Positions 62,527 through 64,000 of a stretch of 64,000 bases of DNA are shown piece by piece. Source of the stretch: Candidatus Eiseniibacteriota bacterium. Its GTDB lineage: Bacteria; Eisenbacteria; RBG-16-71-46; CAIMUX01; VGJL01. The position numbers and the translations under genes were made by a program. Below the pieces are notes generated by a model that was not told where the DNA came from, made no database searches, and saw nothing but the letters and a program-made list of their open reading frames with translations. Location of the stretch: contig CAWBWI010000003.1 in the NCBI GenBank assembly GCA_963792585.1, positions 640,001-704,000 of the forward strand, in the 5' to 3' direction. Within the stretch, counting starts at the first letter, position 1; the number at the start of each line of letters is the position of its first letter.

Positions 62527-63607
62527 ACTCAAACGAGTCGTCTTCGAAGTGACCGAGCGCTGCAACAACGCTTGTGTCCACTGCTACAATTCCTGGAGGG
62601 AGGGAGCGTCTCGCGGAGGGTCCGGCGCCTGCCTATCGAGAACCCGATTCCGCGACCTGCTCTCAGGGATCCTGCGCGACGCCCCTCTCTCGCAGATCGC
62701 GTTCTCCGGAGGAGAGCCCCTGCTCTGTCCGGAGCTTCCCGAAATGGTGTGCGACGCGACCGATGCCGGACTCAGTAGCGTCGTGATCACGAACGCAGCA
62801 CTCCTGGACACTTCCATCGCGAAACGGTTTCCGGAAGGCACGATTTTCGAATTCACGCTCTTCAGCTCCCGTGCCAGCGTACACGATGCGATGGCCGGCC
62901 GGCGGGTGTTCGAGCGTGTTCTCGAGGCGGCGGCCCGCCTGCTTCGAAATGGTCATCGGCTCGCCGTCGTCTGCGTCGTGACACGGAGGAACCTCCGGGA
63001 TGTCGGCGGCGCGATCGATCTGGCAATCGCGATCGGGGCCGACGCGGTGCTCCTGAACCGGGTGAACCTGACCAAGCGGACGCTGGCGGCAGCCGAGGAC
63101 TTGGTGCCCGCGGCCTCCGAACTTCGGGAGGCATTCGACGCCGCGGAGGATCGTGCGAAGCGGTACGGCGTCGCGGTGTCTGTTTCGGTCCCCATGCCCC
63201 CCTGCGTGCTCGATCCGGGGCTGTACGAACACTTGCAGTTCGGCTTCTGCCCTCGCGGCGGTCCCGAGTCCTACTACACGATATCGTGGGATGGCCACCT
63301 CCGGCCGTGCAACCACTCGTCTCGAATCTTGGGCGATCTCGCTCACGAGGGGTTTGGGGAGCTTGTCCAGGGCTCTCGAGCGAAGGAGTTTTGGTGGATT
63401 GCCGTTCCACATGAATGTCGGGGGTGCGTTCACCCCCTCAAGCAGATGTGCCTGGGCGGTTGTCCGGCCGCGGCCATGGAGTGTACGGGTAGATCAGGGC
63501 AATTGGATCCCTTTGTAGGCCTCGCGATGCGGCATCGGAAATCGCGATTGCCCCTTGGCCACGGCTCCCACGAGAGATTCGAAGGCCGGCTTGAAGGCCC
63601 ATTCTAG
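62474..63607 (+). CDS. Radical SAM/SPASM domain protein (start may be TTG 62504)
   Basis: CNNACVHC, FSGGEPLL, ITN, HD; SPASM motifs C..GG...YTI..DG..RPC and C..C.....C.GGC. Confidence 0.95.
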   Translation: MHPSLGKRSRLGSKVACRLKRVVFEVTERCNNACVHCYNSWREGASRGGSGACLSRTRFRDLLSGILRDAPLSQIAFSGGEPLLCPELPEMVCDATDAGLSSVVITNAALLDTSIAKRFPEGTIFEFTLFSSRASVHDAMAGRRVFERVLEAAARLLRNGHRLAVVCVVTRRNLRDVGGAIDLAIAIGADAVLLNRVNLTKRTLAAAEDLVPAASELREAFDAAEDRAKRYGVAVSVSVPMPPCVLDPGLYEHLQFGFCPRGGPESYYTISWDGHLRPCNHSSRILGDLAHEGFGELVQGSRAKEFWWIAVPHECRGCVHPLKQMCLGGCPAAAMECTGRSGQLDPFVGLAMRHRKSRLPLGHGSHERFEGRLEGPF

Positions 63608-64000
63608 CCCTGCCATCGATGGTACTCCATGGCCTACGGACTAGGGGGGGCCGATCACCGCGATCACCCCTCGAGACGGTCGCGACTGCACAATAATGAT
63701 CGTTGTCGCACCAAAATGGTGCGTGTACGTCATCCTCCATCAACCCACGGCTCTTGGTAACTTGTTCGCCCTGGGATTGACACGAGTCCAGGAGGGCGAT
63801 ATCGTAGCGCGCACTGAATGAGATACGTCGCCCTGGTGCGGGGCTCACCGGGGATGCGACGCGCAGATGGATGTGCTCTTCTGAATGTAAGGACCCCCAA
63901 TGCGCGGTGTGATCGCAACCGGTGACGGCGAGGCCTGGACTGCCCGTAAGCACGCTATGACTGAGCATCCGGTAGCTCGGCCCGGATTGTCCCAAACCAC

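Overview
GC-rich bacterial accessory region. FlgD-Ig-tailed secreted proteins and a C-terminal TWGxxKxLYR motif suggest an FCB-related lineage such as Ca. Eisenbacteria (inference only). Left to right: (1) the 3' part of a large secreted protein; (2) a complete type I-E CRISPR-Cas locus (cas3-cas8e-cas11-cas7-cas5-cas6e-cas1-cas2, 41 repeats/40 spacers) flanked by a DUF932-type remnant and an MmeI-like methyltransferase remnant, then an AbiU2-like HEPN gene; (3) an ArsR-DoxX-X-quinone reductase operon in which X appears to be a hidden selenoprotein (in-frame UGA plus a SECIS-like hairpin); (4) a ~15 kb sigma54-controlled envelope cassette (AcrB-TolC fusion, PAP2 fusion, YejM-like sulfatase) between two near-identical KH-domain genes and IS3 end remnants; (5) a TM0106 nuclease, an FG-GAP protein and GT-C glycosyltransferases; (6) a small tyrosine recombinase and a putative three-gene defence cluster with a structured leader and an 11-aa uORF; (7) four paralogous secreted Cys-rich mini-FN3 proteins ending in -CP, next to an unknown CYWILCY protein and a radical SAM/SPASM enzyme. 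Items (7) and (3) are the best candidates for undescribed biology. Several single-base frameshifts could be decay or assembly errors. All family calls are from motif recognition; no database search was run.
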